A stretch of 64,000 bases of DNA from Squalus acanthias (Eukaryota): the NCBI GenBank assembly GCA_030390025.1, contig CM059432.1, forward strand, positions 26,848,001 to 26,912,000. The letters run 5' to 3'. The translations under genes and the position numbers were made by a program. Below, piece after piece: positions 36,155 to 47,995 of this stretch (position 1 is its first letter; each line of letters starts with the position of its first letter). The notes beneath the pieces were generated by a model. The model was given only the letters and a program-made list of their open reading frames with translations, was not told the DNA's origin and ran no database searches.

Positions 36155-39100
36155 CATGGCTTCACGTCAAGCATGGGCAAGGAAACCTCTTGCTGATTCC
36201 CACCTACCGCCCTCCCTCAGCTGATGAATCAGTACTCCTCCATGTTGAACACCACTTGGAAGAAGCACTGAGAGTAGCAAGGGCACAGAATGTACTCTGG
36301 GTGGGGGACTTCAATGTCCATCACCAAGAGTGGCTCGGTAGCACCACTATTGACCGAGCTGGCCGAGTCCTGAAGGACATAGCTGCCAGTCTGGGCCTGC
36401 GACAGGTGGTGAGAGAACCAACACGAGGGGAAAAATCTACTTGACCTCATCCTCACCAATCTACCTGTCGCAGATGCATCTGTCCATGACAGTATTGGTA
36501 GCAGTGATCAACGCACAGTCATTGTGGAGACGAAGTCCCGTCTTTACACTGAGGACACCCTCCAGCGTGTTTTTTTTGTTTGTTTTTGGGATGTGTGTGT
36601 TGCTGGCAAGGCCAGCATTTATTGCCCATCCCTAATTGCCCTTGAGAAGGTGGTGGTGAGCCGCCTTCTTGAACTGCTGCATTCTGTGTGGTGAAGGTAC
36701 TCCCACAGTGCTGTTAGGGAGGGAGTTCCAGGATTTTGACCCAGTGACGATGAAGGATCGGCGATATACTTCTAAGTCAAGATGGTGTGTGACTTGGAGG
36801 GGAACTTGGAGGTGGCGGTGTTCCTATGCGCCTGCTGCCCTTGTCCTTCTAGGTAGAAGAGGTCGCGGGTTTGGGAGGTGCTGCCGAAGAAGCCTTGGCG
36901 AGTTGCTGCACTGCATCTTGTAGATAGTGTACACTGCAGCCACGGTATGCCGGTGGTGGAGGGAGTGAATGTTTAAGGTGGTGGATGGGGTGCCAATCAA
37001 GCTGACTGCTTTGTCCTGGATGGTGTCGAGCTTCTTGAGTGTTGTTGGAGCTGCACTCATCCAGGCAAGTGGAGAGTATTCCATCACTCCTTACTTTTGC
37101 CTTTTAGATGGTGGAAAGGCTTTGGGGAGTCAGGAGGTGAGACACTTGCTGCAGTATACCTAGCCTCTGACCTGCTCTTATTGCCACAGTATTTATGTGG
37201 CTGGTCCAGTTAAGTTTCTGGTCAATGGTGACTCCCCCAGGATGTTGATGGTAGGGGATTCGGTGATGGTAATGCTGTTGAATGTCAAGGGGAGGTGGTT
37301 AGTGTTGTGTGGCACAACCACTGTGCTAAATGGGATAGATTCAGAACAGATCTAGTAGTTCAAAACTGGGCATCCATGAGGTGCAGTAGCAGAATTGTAT
37401 TCCACCACAATCTGTAACCACATGGCCTGGCAAATCCCTCACTCTACCATTACCATCAAGCCAGGGGACCAACCCTGGTTCAATAAGGAGTGTAGAAGAG
37501 CATGCCAGGAGCAGCTCCAGGCATACCTAAAAATGAGGTGCCAACCTGGGGAAGCTACAACACAGGACCACATGCATGCTAAAAAGTAGAAGCGGCATGC
37601 TATCGACAGTGCTAAGAGCCCCCATAATCAACGGATCAGATCAAAGCTCTGCAGTCCTGCCACATCCAGTCGTGAATGGTGGTGGACCATTAAACAACTA
37701 ACGGGGGGGAGGAGGAGGCTCCATGAATATCCCCAACCTCAATGATGGTGGAGCCCAGCACGTGAGTGCAATAGACAAGGCTGAAGCGTTTGCAACCATC
37801 TCCAGCCAGAAGTGCCGAGTGGATGATCCATATCGGCCTCCTCCTGAGGTCCTCGCCATCACAGAAGCCAGTCTTCAGCCAATTTGATTGACTCCACGTG
37901 ATATCAAGAAATGGCTGAGCGCACTGGATACAGCAAAGGCTTTGGGCCCTGACAACATTCCGGCTGTCGTGCTGAAGACTTTTGCTCCAGAACTAGTCGC
38001 GCTTCTAGCCAAGCTGTTCCAGTATACCTACAACACTGGCATCTATACAACAATGTGGAAAACTGCCCAGGTATGTCCTGTACACAAAAAGCAGGACAAA
38101 TCCAATCTAGCCAATTACCACCCCCTCGGTCTACTCTCAGCAAAGTGATGGAAGGTGTCATCGACAGTGCTATCAAGCAGCACTTAATCACCAAAACCTG
38201 CTCACTGATGCCCAGTTTGGGTTCCGCCAAGACCACTCTGCTCCCGACCTCATTACAGCCTTGGTCCAAACATGGACAATGGAGCTGAATTCCAGAAGTG
38301 AGGTGAAAGTGACTGCCCTTGGCATCAAGGCAGCATTTGACCAAGTGTGGCATCAAGGAGCCCTAGTAAAACTGAAGTCAATGGGAATCGGTGGGGGGGG
38401 TGGGGGGGGGGGGGGGGGGGGGGGGGGGAGAAAAACTCTCCACTGGCTGGAGTCATACGAAGCACAAAGGAAGATGGTTGTGGTAGTTGGAGCTCAATCA
38501 TCACAGCCCCAGGGCATCGCTGCAGGAGTTCCTCAGGGCAATGTCCTAGGCCCAACCATCTTCAGCTGCTTCATCAATGACCTTCCCTCCAACATAAGGT
38601 CAGAAATGGGGATTTTGCTGATGACTGCACAGTGTTCAGCGCCATTCACAACTCCTCACATAATGATGCAGTCCATGCCCGCATGCAACAAGACCTGGAC
38701 GGCATTCAGGCTTGGGCTGATAAGTGGCAGGCAATGACTATCTACAACAAGCGAGAGTCTGACTACCATCCCTTGACATTCAACGGCATTACCATCACCG
38801 AATCCCCCACCATCAACATCCTGGGGGGTCACCATTGACCAGAAACTTAACTGGACCAGCCACATAAATACTGTGGCAACAAGAGCAGATCAGAGGCTAG
38901 GTATTCTGTGGCGAGTGTCTCACCTCCTGACTCCCCAAAGCCTTTCCACCATCTACAAGGCACAAGTCAGGAGTGTGATGGAATACTCTCCACTTGCTTG
39001 GATGAGTGCAGCTCCAACAACACTCAAGAAGCTCGACACCATCCATGTCAAAGCAGCCCACTTGATTGGCACCCCATCCACCACCTTAAACATTCACTCC

Positions 39101-39485
39101 CTCCACCACTGGCATACCATGGCTGCAGTGTGTACCATCTACAAGATGTATTGCAGCAACTCGCCAAGGCTTCAGCAGCACCTCCCAAACCCGCGACCTC
39201 TACCACCTGGAAGGACAAGGGCAGCAGGCGCATGGGAACACCACCATCTCCAAGTTCCCCTCCAAGTCAGTCACCATCCTGTCTTGAAGTATATTGCTGA
39301 TCCTTCATCGTCGCTGGGTCAAAACCCTGGAACTCCCTCCCTAACAGCACTGTGGGAGTACCTTCACCACACGAATTGCAGTGGTTCAAGAAGGCTGCTC
39401 ACCAACACCTTAGGGCAATTAGGGATGGGCAATAAATGCTGGCCTTGCCAGTGACGCCCACATCCCAAGAACGAATAATAAAAAA
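36155..39485 (+). mobile_element. LINE family B, 5'-truncated (APE-RT), frameshifted
   Basis: TYRPPS, VGDFNVHH, KPGDQPWFN, KALGPDNIP and GVPQGNVLGP motifs; tail gggatgggcaataaatgctggcc. Confidence 0.9.
36572..37301 (-). mobile_element. LINE family B 3' fragment nested antisense in another family B copy
   Basis: Poly-T/tail at the left end; gtgtt duplicated at 36567-36571 and 37302-37306. Confidence 0.85.
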
Positions 39486-40113
39486 AGGGGAAACCTTCGG
39501 GAAATATATTGTGTTATTAAAACAAGTATTACACATTCGAAGACTCGATGAAAGGTGAATTACTCAATGAATGGCATTGAACTAACAAGGAAGACGATTA
39601 TTAGGGATCTGAGAATGACGGACCCAGAGATTTCAGAAAAAAGTCAATAAAGCTAACCAAATTCTGAATTATACAGTATTGTCACATATGTAGTGTACAA
39701 ATTTGAGTCTAATATGCTGTAGCTGTACGATGTACTTTTGAGTTCTGGTCTCCAACCTCTGTACAAAGGATTATAAATTTGATCTCTATTGTCAGAAAAT
39801 TGAGTTATGTGGAAAGGAAGAAAAATTCAATCTTAAGCTTTGAAAGACAGTAAATGAGAAGGAACCTTTATTTGTATTTTTTAAAATTATATATGCAAGA
39901 AGTGATTGTCTTCCAGTAGTAGAGGCATAAACTCTGGTATGCTGTGATGGGGAACTGGGAGCTCATGGAAGGATGACCAAATTGTCTGTATAGCCTCATC
40001 AGCACGATTATCTTTATGGGCTGCAAGACCTCCTTCAAAAAATCCTATTTTGTGATTTCTCCTCACTGCTTGTGTGATTCAGACTGGAGTGTTATAACCC
40101 AACAATGGAGAGT

Positions 40114-40400
40114 ATCAACCACAGTCGGAAAACGCTGGAAACACTCAGCAGGCCAGGCAGCATCCGTGGAGAGAGAAACAGAGTTAACAACATTTCAGGT
40201 CTGGGACCCTTCATCAGAACTGGAAAAAGCTGGAAGAGACAAACGGAAATCCTGTCGGAGAGAAGAGCAGAACTTCAAGATGGGCATTCCTAGAAGAGAG
40301 GTGGCAGTGAACCAAACACTAATACAATAACAAAATACTGCGGATGCTGGAAATCAACCACAGTCGGAAAACGCTGGAAACACTCGGCCAGGCAGCATCC
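40114..40400 (-). mobile_element. non-autonomous Penelope (family P) partial tandem, 239-bp period, with hammerhead motif
   Basis: atcaaccacagtcggaaaacgctggaaacactc at 40114 and 40353; minus strand agttCTGATGAagggtcccagacctGAAAtgtt; possible TSD gagtat at 40110-40115 and 40401-40406. Confidence 0.85.
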
Positions 40401-41589
40401 GAGTATGGCCTAGGTTTTCGATTGTAACACCGACAGTAACTTGTTTAAAATGAATGAGTTACAATGCTATTTGGGGCAACTTAATTTTGTAGCAATAGTG
40501 AAGGCGATCCTGAAGTAAGTTTTCAATTTAAAAAAAATAAAAAAATCTGCAATTGAACAGTGAAGTCCCTACATCCTTCAGGCTTTCCTTCCTGCTACAG
40601 TCTACCAGCTTTTAAAACCCAAAATTAATCTCCTCTAATCATCAAATTGTCTTTTTTTTTTCTGTCCCTGGCAGTGTCTCACTATGGGCTTTGGCTTTTC
40701 ACTTAGGATTTTAAATTTTTCTAAAAAATTGCAGATAAGGGACAGTTTCTGTCCACTAAAGTTATTGAAACCCCAGCAAAATACTGCAATACATTTGTGT
40801 GAAATATTTGTGCTTTATCCCCTTGTACTGTTTCCAGGAGTATGTTTATAGCTTTTGTCCTTTTTTTTTCATTGTATGTATGGAGAGCATGTTTTGAGCT
40901 GTAAGACCAGTGGGTGAAATACTGATGGTGCAATTTGAGGTGATCAATTAAGAGTATCGCCACTTAGTTGTATTGGGACAGCACTGAAGAGTGGGTTTTT
41001 TTTGCCCCTAATGTGTTGGTATCAAGACACAAATCTAGCGACCACACTGCACTAGTCAAGCCCATAAGTTTCTGGGTCCCTGCATTTTGTGCTACCAAGA
41101 GTTCTGATTTATATTCAACGCAATGAGTTGTCACTTAAAATAGATTTGTATTGACTTCAAAGTTGAGTTGAAAAATTTCTTAAATTTAATAATTCTGTGT
41201 TTGTGTATTTTTCTTTCAACACATTTTAAACAAATTTTGGAATGATTCCCAAAACCACACTCTCTTACAGTTCCCTGATCCTTTGGCCTTTCACCTTGGT
41301 GTTTGAAACATCAGAAGTAAAAATGGATCCTGTATATGAGATATTGCAGTTTTTAAATTGATTTATTTATAGAGGCTATGTCATAGCTGGCACAGTATGA
41401 TGAATAGCTCTGAGTAAAGCAAGGCATAAGTCACTCACAACTTTGTCATTTTTGTTATCTTCTGAACCTCATGTCATTTTATCATTTGTCAGTCCTGACA
41501 AGGACATATTCTATTTATGTTGCATGATTTTTTTTTAATCTCTTCAAAGGCATTCCCCCCCCCCCCGGCCCAAACCTTGACGTATTAGC

Positions 41590-41820
41590 GCCACTCACAA
41601 TCTACAGCTTGACTCGCCTTTTTGAGTTAGAAGTTATGGGTTCAATTTCCGCAGCAGGACTTGAGCTCATAATCTAGACTGACTCTTTAGTGCATTACTG
41701 AGAGAATGCTGCATAGTCAGAGGTGCCATTTAACTTGTCATTTATTTACTGTACGCAAATTGGCTGCTGCAGTTGCCTACATAACAGTGACTACTACAAT
41801 TCAGAACTAATTTGTCTATG
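41590..41820 (+). mobile_element. Deu-domain SINE fragment
   Basis: Matches the head and tail of the 30763 copy, with an internal deletion. Confidence 0.65.
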
Positions 41821-42434
41821 GTGTGTGGCTGATCTGATGTGAACCTTTGTTCAGTGATTTGTATATCTCCACAGCTCCACACCATGAATGCTTAAATCAG
41901 TGGCATTATTACCAACATATTCTAGGTTGGTATCATTGTTGAAATTAATGTACCAGGGGCTTATCTTTTACTTTGTAAACCATGTCCTTTCTATGCACAT
42001 GACTTGCTACAGGTGTAAGATGTGTAGAGTTGGGGGGGGGGGCGGGGTTTAAGCACTGAATTTACTGCCTTGGAAATACTGCATGATTGGGAGAAGCCTA
42101 GACTTAAAATCTAAAGACCAGTCCATCTAACCCATACCTCCAAGTCCCAATGCCAGCTGCAGAGCAGGATTCAAATGGGAAATGAGGGACTTTGAAGAAA
42201 ATGTATAAATGGGATTCAAAATTAAATAAAAATGAAAGGTAATTAGTATGATCAAAAAGATTTTTTTTTAAATTAAAGTTCCTCTTGTTGGTACTTATAC
42301 TGCACCTAGCCATACTGACCAGGAAAGTCTCTGTTCTGATGTGCTGCATTAGCTGATCTTTCCAATGGCTGGACTCTTACCTGACTCATTGAAGCCAATG
42401 ATCATAGCTCCAAGATTGTGGACCCAAGGGAAGT

Positions 42435-43035
42435 ATCTTCAGCTTCATCAATGGCCTTCCCTCCATCAGACATGGAACTATTCACTGCACAGTTTCCAGC
42501 TCCATGCACGACACTGTGGCTGGGATCAAGGAAGAGGCTAGGTTCTGTGCAATAAGTGGCTCACCTCCTGGCCTCTCCAGCATCTACCAGGCTCGTAGGA
42601 ACTGTAATGGAATATTGACTACTCGCCTGGATGAGCGCAGCTGCAGTAACAGTCAAACTTAACACTATCCAGGACTGAGCAGTTGCTTGATTGGTGCTCC
42701 TGGCACTGAGTGTCCACCTCCTCAACCATCAGTGCACTGTGGTTGTAGTATGTACTATCTACAGGATGCACTACAACAATTCACAAAACTTATTTTGATT
42801 GCACCTCCCCCAGCCCTGTGACCTCTACCACTAGGAAAGACTAGAGTAGCAATGTTGTGGAAACATCATCTCCGGCACATCATCCTGACTTGGACACTTT
42901 TTTTTTGGTCGCTGGGTCAAAATCCTACCTAACAACACCATGATTGGAGTACGATTGGCACAAGGACTGCAGCAGTTCAAGAAGGCCATGAGCAATAAAT
43001 AAGACTATGCCAATGTTGCCCACATCCTGAGAATG
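42435..43035 (+). mobile_element. old LINE family B fragment
   Basis: atcttcagcttcatcaatggccttccctccatc...gtcgctgggtcaaaatcc...ggactgcagcagttcaagaaggc. Confidence 0.7.
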
Positions 43036-43049
43036 GTATGGGTGGTACA

Positions 43050-43310
43050 GTTGGCCATGGCATTCCTGGGAAGAGGTGGGAAAGGGAAAAGTCAGCAATG
43101 GTTCTCAATCCTGATCATTATCCAGTGACGAATCCTGGAAAATGACTATGTATGGATGTTTGGTGAGGACTGGATTGAGTTTGATTCTGATGTCCCTGAT
43201 TTTTGAACAGACGAGCTTGAAATGGCATTTGAATGGCATTTGAGTGAGGAACCAAAGGGCAGCTGACTCTCGAATTTGCTATGTGCTATGAGTTACCACC
43301 TTCAGGTGGA
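43050..43310 (+). mobile_element. ancient SINE-like repeat; further copies at 49130-49300 (+), 50270-50470 (-) and 60350-60480 (+)
   Basis: Recurrent blocks aaaatcagccagggttcc, atccagtgac..ctggaaa and ggtgaggacaggat; family not named. Confidence 0.5.
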
Positions 43311-44039
43311 AAGGATGAATGGAAAGAAAAGTAAACTACAGTCATGGATTTTTCCTTTGGCTTACATTTTAGATAAAAGCTTTTACATCTTTATAGTTAA
43401 GGTGCCGGAAGACTTGCATTTAGGCTATCTCTTTAATGTATCATGGGTGTGACTTGAAATATTTTTCCTTGAGGCTGAAAATGGAACTCATTGTTTTGCC
43501 TTACACTTATTAGTTGTTAGGGGAATGTCTCCAGTTTATTTCATTTTCTCTCCCTGTGAGTTAAATGTCCATCTCTCTTTTTAAAGTCATACCTTTTACG
43601 AGCATAGACTCATATCCTACTATTCTGATAAAACTTTAAAAAAAAACACATAGGGCATTTGGCTCATCTCTCCTGTGCCAGCTCCTAGAGCTACCCATTT
43701 AGTCCCATTACCCTGCCCTTTTCCTATACTTTAAAAAAAAATCTAACTTGTATTTGTACAGTGGAGACTCTGGCTGATGCTACCTCATTATCCTGGGGTA
43801 GCCTCATTATCCTGGGGTAGGGAGGTACAGCAACTCGTGGGGGCTCTGATTTGGCTGCTTGCGGCCCAGCCAGATTCCCCTCCCCCACCGGTGCTGAACA
43901 ATTACCGCAGAAAAATGTGGCCTACACCTCAAAGAACCTGCCTGTAGCCCTGGTCTGAATCTCCCCCCCCCCCCCCCCCCCCCCCCCCAGCTAGTACTCG
44001 TACCTTGCAATGACAAAATAAAGGAGAAGGCAGTGGTTA

Positions 44040-44440
44040 TTAAAGACGTTATATTTATATAGCACCTTTCAAAACGTCAGGATGCCCTAAAGCGCGACAC
44101 AGCCAACAAAGTATTTTTGAACTGTAGAGAAATGTGGCGGCCAATTTGCACACAGTAAGACCCTTTTCAAAAAAAAAGGCAATGAGGTAACTGACCAGAT
44201 GATCTGTTTTGCTGGTGTTGGTTGAGGAAAGGAGGACTACCCTGCTCTTTGAATAGTGTCCGCTTGCAAGGCCAGATGGGGCCTCTGTTTAATGTCTCAG
44301 CTGAAAGACAGCACTTCCTGCAGTGCAGCACACCTCAGTGTCGGGCTAGGTTATGTGCTTAAGCCTCTGGAGTGGAGCTTGAACCAACAACTTTCTGACT
44401 CTGAAGCAAGAGCACTACCACTGAGCCAAGGCTGACACCT
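44040..44440 (-). mobile_element. Deu-domain SINE
   Basis: Reverse complement of the 30763 family, with an L2-type tail (tttatatagcacctttc). Confidence 0.8.
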
Positions 44441-46932
44441 TCAGCAATGCAATGCATGCAGAGTAATTTTTGTGAATAAGAACTTTTAGACAAAGGAGGT
44501 AGTACATCTTAACAGTGCCACCTTTTGAATAACACGTCAATTTAAAATGAGCTCTAATATAATTTTTATCCAAAAGTTGCAGTTTGAGTTTTGCTTACGG
44601 CACTGTCCCCAGGTGTCGAGCATACAGTAAAACGTTGTAGAGCAGGAAATGGAAAGTATATGGTAGAATATGAAGTCAGTTCACATCAATATTATCCACT
44701 CAACCTCCAGTGGAAAAAAACGGTTAAATACAATTGACGTATATCCTGCAACATGCCAGTGAGGACATGACCGCTCAGCTTCAAGGTTAGAAATGTAACT
44801 TGGGTTTTTCTTGGTGTACTTGTACACTTTGTCACCCCATTCCTTAGTTACATGTGTCTTTGCACACCATTCTACATTGCAAGTTTACAAAATGCCTGAG
44901 TTAGCAGTCTTTCCAGAAACACAATCTAATGGAATTTGTCGACTAGTGTTGCAATCCACCACATTATTTGAGAATTTTTTTTAAATTAAAACCATTTGCT
45001 GGTTTCAGAGGTGACCTTGGCTTAAGGAATAACTCTTGTTACTGCAATAATGCCTGTATCCTTTGTGTTTGTGTTTTATTAAACAAGAATGAACTTGCAT
45101 TTATTGAGTTATTTATTAAAGCTTAGGTGGTGAGATTTTAAAGTTGATTTAATGAGTGGGGACAGCTGCAGCTAGCATACTGGAAGAATGGAGTAAACTA
45201 GCTGAGTAAATTAAGGTAATATTAGGTAACTTTTTGAACTATAGTTGCCATATGTTTTATTAATATTTTAATGACTTGCATGGCATACTAACTGAAGGGA
45301 GAAAATATTTTTTGCTTTCCCTATCATTGTTCAAGTCAAGCCCATAAATTATTTTAAAGGGGCATTCGATTGTTGCTTGAAAAAGAGTATGGGGAACAGA
45401 TTGGAGAGTGGGATTAGACTATGTGGCTCGTGGGGAAAAACATCTAGCACAGACTTGAAGGGCTGAATGTCCTGTATGTGCTGTAGCATTCTATAATTCG
45501 CGTGAGCTTGCTTCGAAGCATGTTCACTACTTTGTTGGAGCAATCATTGCTGTGGTCTGTTGCTACATACGCTAATCACTATTCAATTAGCCCTGAGAGC
45601 TATTGATGCACTAATGAAGGTCCAAGAAGCCCTTTCTTGGGATTCCTGCTGTCTGTGTCCTTTGATTAATCTCTGAAATTCGGCAGAATGTACATGTTCA
45701 TTAGGTAGATTAACTGACTGTAGTAAACACTGTATCTTGGCAAGACCAAACAAATACAAATCTATTTTATTCACGGTTGGGATTGCTTTTAATATTTTCT
45801 AGGAATGGAGCATTAGAAATTGACTGCTGTTTTTACTTGTAGGAGCCCATTTCTTTGAATTCCCCACAAAGACTGAAAATTGCCAGTACATGGTTTATTA
45901 GCGTACCTTGCCAAAAAGTGGTAGCATCTGGGTTTTTCCAGATATAATTGAATTCCAGATTTTTTTTTTATTGATGGTTTCACTCAGAACTAAATATGTT
46001 GCATGCTGACAGTAATAAGGCAGTTATAATTCTTGAGTCAGTTCCTTGAGATGACTAATCTGGGTAGGTGGTGGGGGGGGGGGGGCTCTTCCTTAAAAGT
46101 CTGTGCATAACTAAACAGGAGATGCCTCTGTGATGGTGCCACTTCATTGAAATTCCATTTATGTTGTATTGAGTCAAAACCAAAGTAATGAGCTTTCAGT
46201 GTGATTGGACTTGAGCTGTACAAGAGCCACTTAACTGAGGACGGTGGAGAGAGAGCATCATGGCACTCCTGACCTCCAAAGATGCTCTTGAGCCACTTGA
46301 TGCCTAAAGGTCCCTCTCTTGGTACCGTTTCCATGGCATTGTTCCTAATATTCTGGCTGTATCCATGTTATAATTGTACCACTGGGAGGTACTTACCTGT
46401 CTATTGCGAATCTTGTCACCCAGAAATGAATCCGCACATTTCCAGATTACAGGGCAGAGTTTCCAGTAGGTCCTCACAGTAGTGAGTGCCTCTCAGTGTC
46501 TTTTTTATTAAATATAATGTTACATCAAAGTAAGTGTTGAGTGTAATTTATCTGTTTTGGATAAGTTACTGTACTAAATAATACAATGAGGACTGGAGGA
46601 TGAGGAAGAGCAAGTGAGCTAATGAATCAATTTAATTGTTGACTTTCTAGTGACCTTTTGTTATTGTCTTGAAATGAGTAATACTAAGGGAAAGGCTTGA
46701 CTAGTCCTAGTCTGTATGCTAATATACACTGCTCAAAATAGCTGTTTATAGTGTAGTTTCAGTTATGCATGAATTTAGTTATTCTAATGTACTCCTAATG
46801 TGCCATTGTTAAAATGGCTAGTGGCTTTTGAAATGCAGCGTGCCCCTTTTTTAAAAAAAAAGTAAAAAATGAAGGTTAACATTGTTTCCGAGGAAACTGC
46901 ATATAATCTCATTAACCCATATCTTTCTCCAG

Positions 46933-46980
46933 CATATTATGGTTATTTGATAACCGTGCTCTGCCTCTCAAACTATGGAG
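46933..46980 (+). other. candidate 48-nt host exon, possibly carrying the start codon (ATG GAG)
   Basis: Branch-like attaac, tctttctccag acceptor, gag|gtaagt donor; actATGG Kozak context; unique sequence. Confidence 0.45.
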
Positions 46981-47059
46981 GTAAGTTGATCCTATCCAGT
47001 GACTAGAAGTTATTTTGTTCACTCATGAATCCAGATCAAAATTAGTGCAGACTGTTTAG

Positions 47060-47995
47060 TGTATTGGCAAATTTTGGTACCTTTACAGGCATTTCCCTCA
47101 CTTGTATCACACATTCGACAAGTTCAATAAATGTAACATTTCTGTGCAAGGTTATGAACTTTAACATTTTCATTGTGCACAAAAAAGAACAAATCTTAGC
47201 CCAATCTTTTTTACTATGGAGTAGCTATGTGCTGCAAGACAAAGTAACGACGTTGCTGATATTGTCTTCTGCCATTGTGGAATGTGAAATGTCGGTCTTA
47301 GAAGTTAAAGATGTAATTCTGGAGCATTTGTCTCAGCTTTACACAAAATTAAGCAAATATTTTATTTTTTACCTCCCCAAAAGAGTGGCAAATAAATTGC
47401 AAGATTTGGTCTAGGTTCTAAATCACTTTTCAGAGGACTTGGCAGTAATGGCTAAGATTGTCATGAGTCTAAAAGGGCAATTGATCGACATTGCTGGTGA
47501 CTCTGTTGCGAGAGATAATTTTAAAGTCATGCCTCTTGATTAGTTTTGGCTCTCAATTTGAAAAGAGTTCCCTGGGTTGGCCCAAAGAGCCAGCAAAATA
47601 TCTTTTCACTTTGTCTCAATGCATTTGTGTGAAGTGGATTTTGCTTTGCATACTTGCATCAAAAACAAGTATAGAAGCCGCTTGAATGTAGAGATTGACT
47701 TGTTGTTGAAACTCTTCAAATGAAACCAAGATTCCACAAATTGTGCGCTAGCAATTAGACTCCCTTCCTAATCAGACACATGAGTCATCAGATGGTCTTA
47801 TCTTTAAGTTTATTCAATATCATAGTACTGGTATTGTGTTGTTAATGTTGCTTTCCATTTTGAGCAATATGTTACGTTAGTTGAGAAAATAAAATCATCT
47901 TGTTCTTTGCAAAATTACAGTTTCTCAAAGCGGGTGGAGTGCATGGGTAATGAAACTCTAAAGTGGGGGAGGGGGGGAAGTTTGGGAACCTCCTA
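47060..47995 (+). mobile_element. hAT (Charlie-type) transposase C-terminal relic with 3' TIR
   Basis: KDVILEHLSQL..KYF; FVSMHLCEVDF...IKNKYRSRLNVEIDL (hAT dimerisation domain); ends aagtttgggaacctcct. Confidence 0.8.

Noticed and set aside
43783..43820. cctcattatcctggggtag direct duplication (similar small duplications at 27835-27885 and 27941-27985)
   Set aside because: Simple local tandem duplications with no further structure
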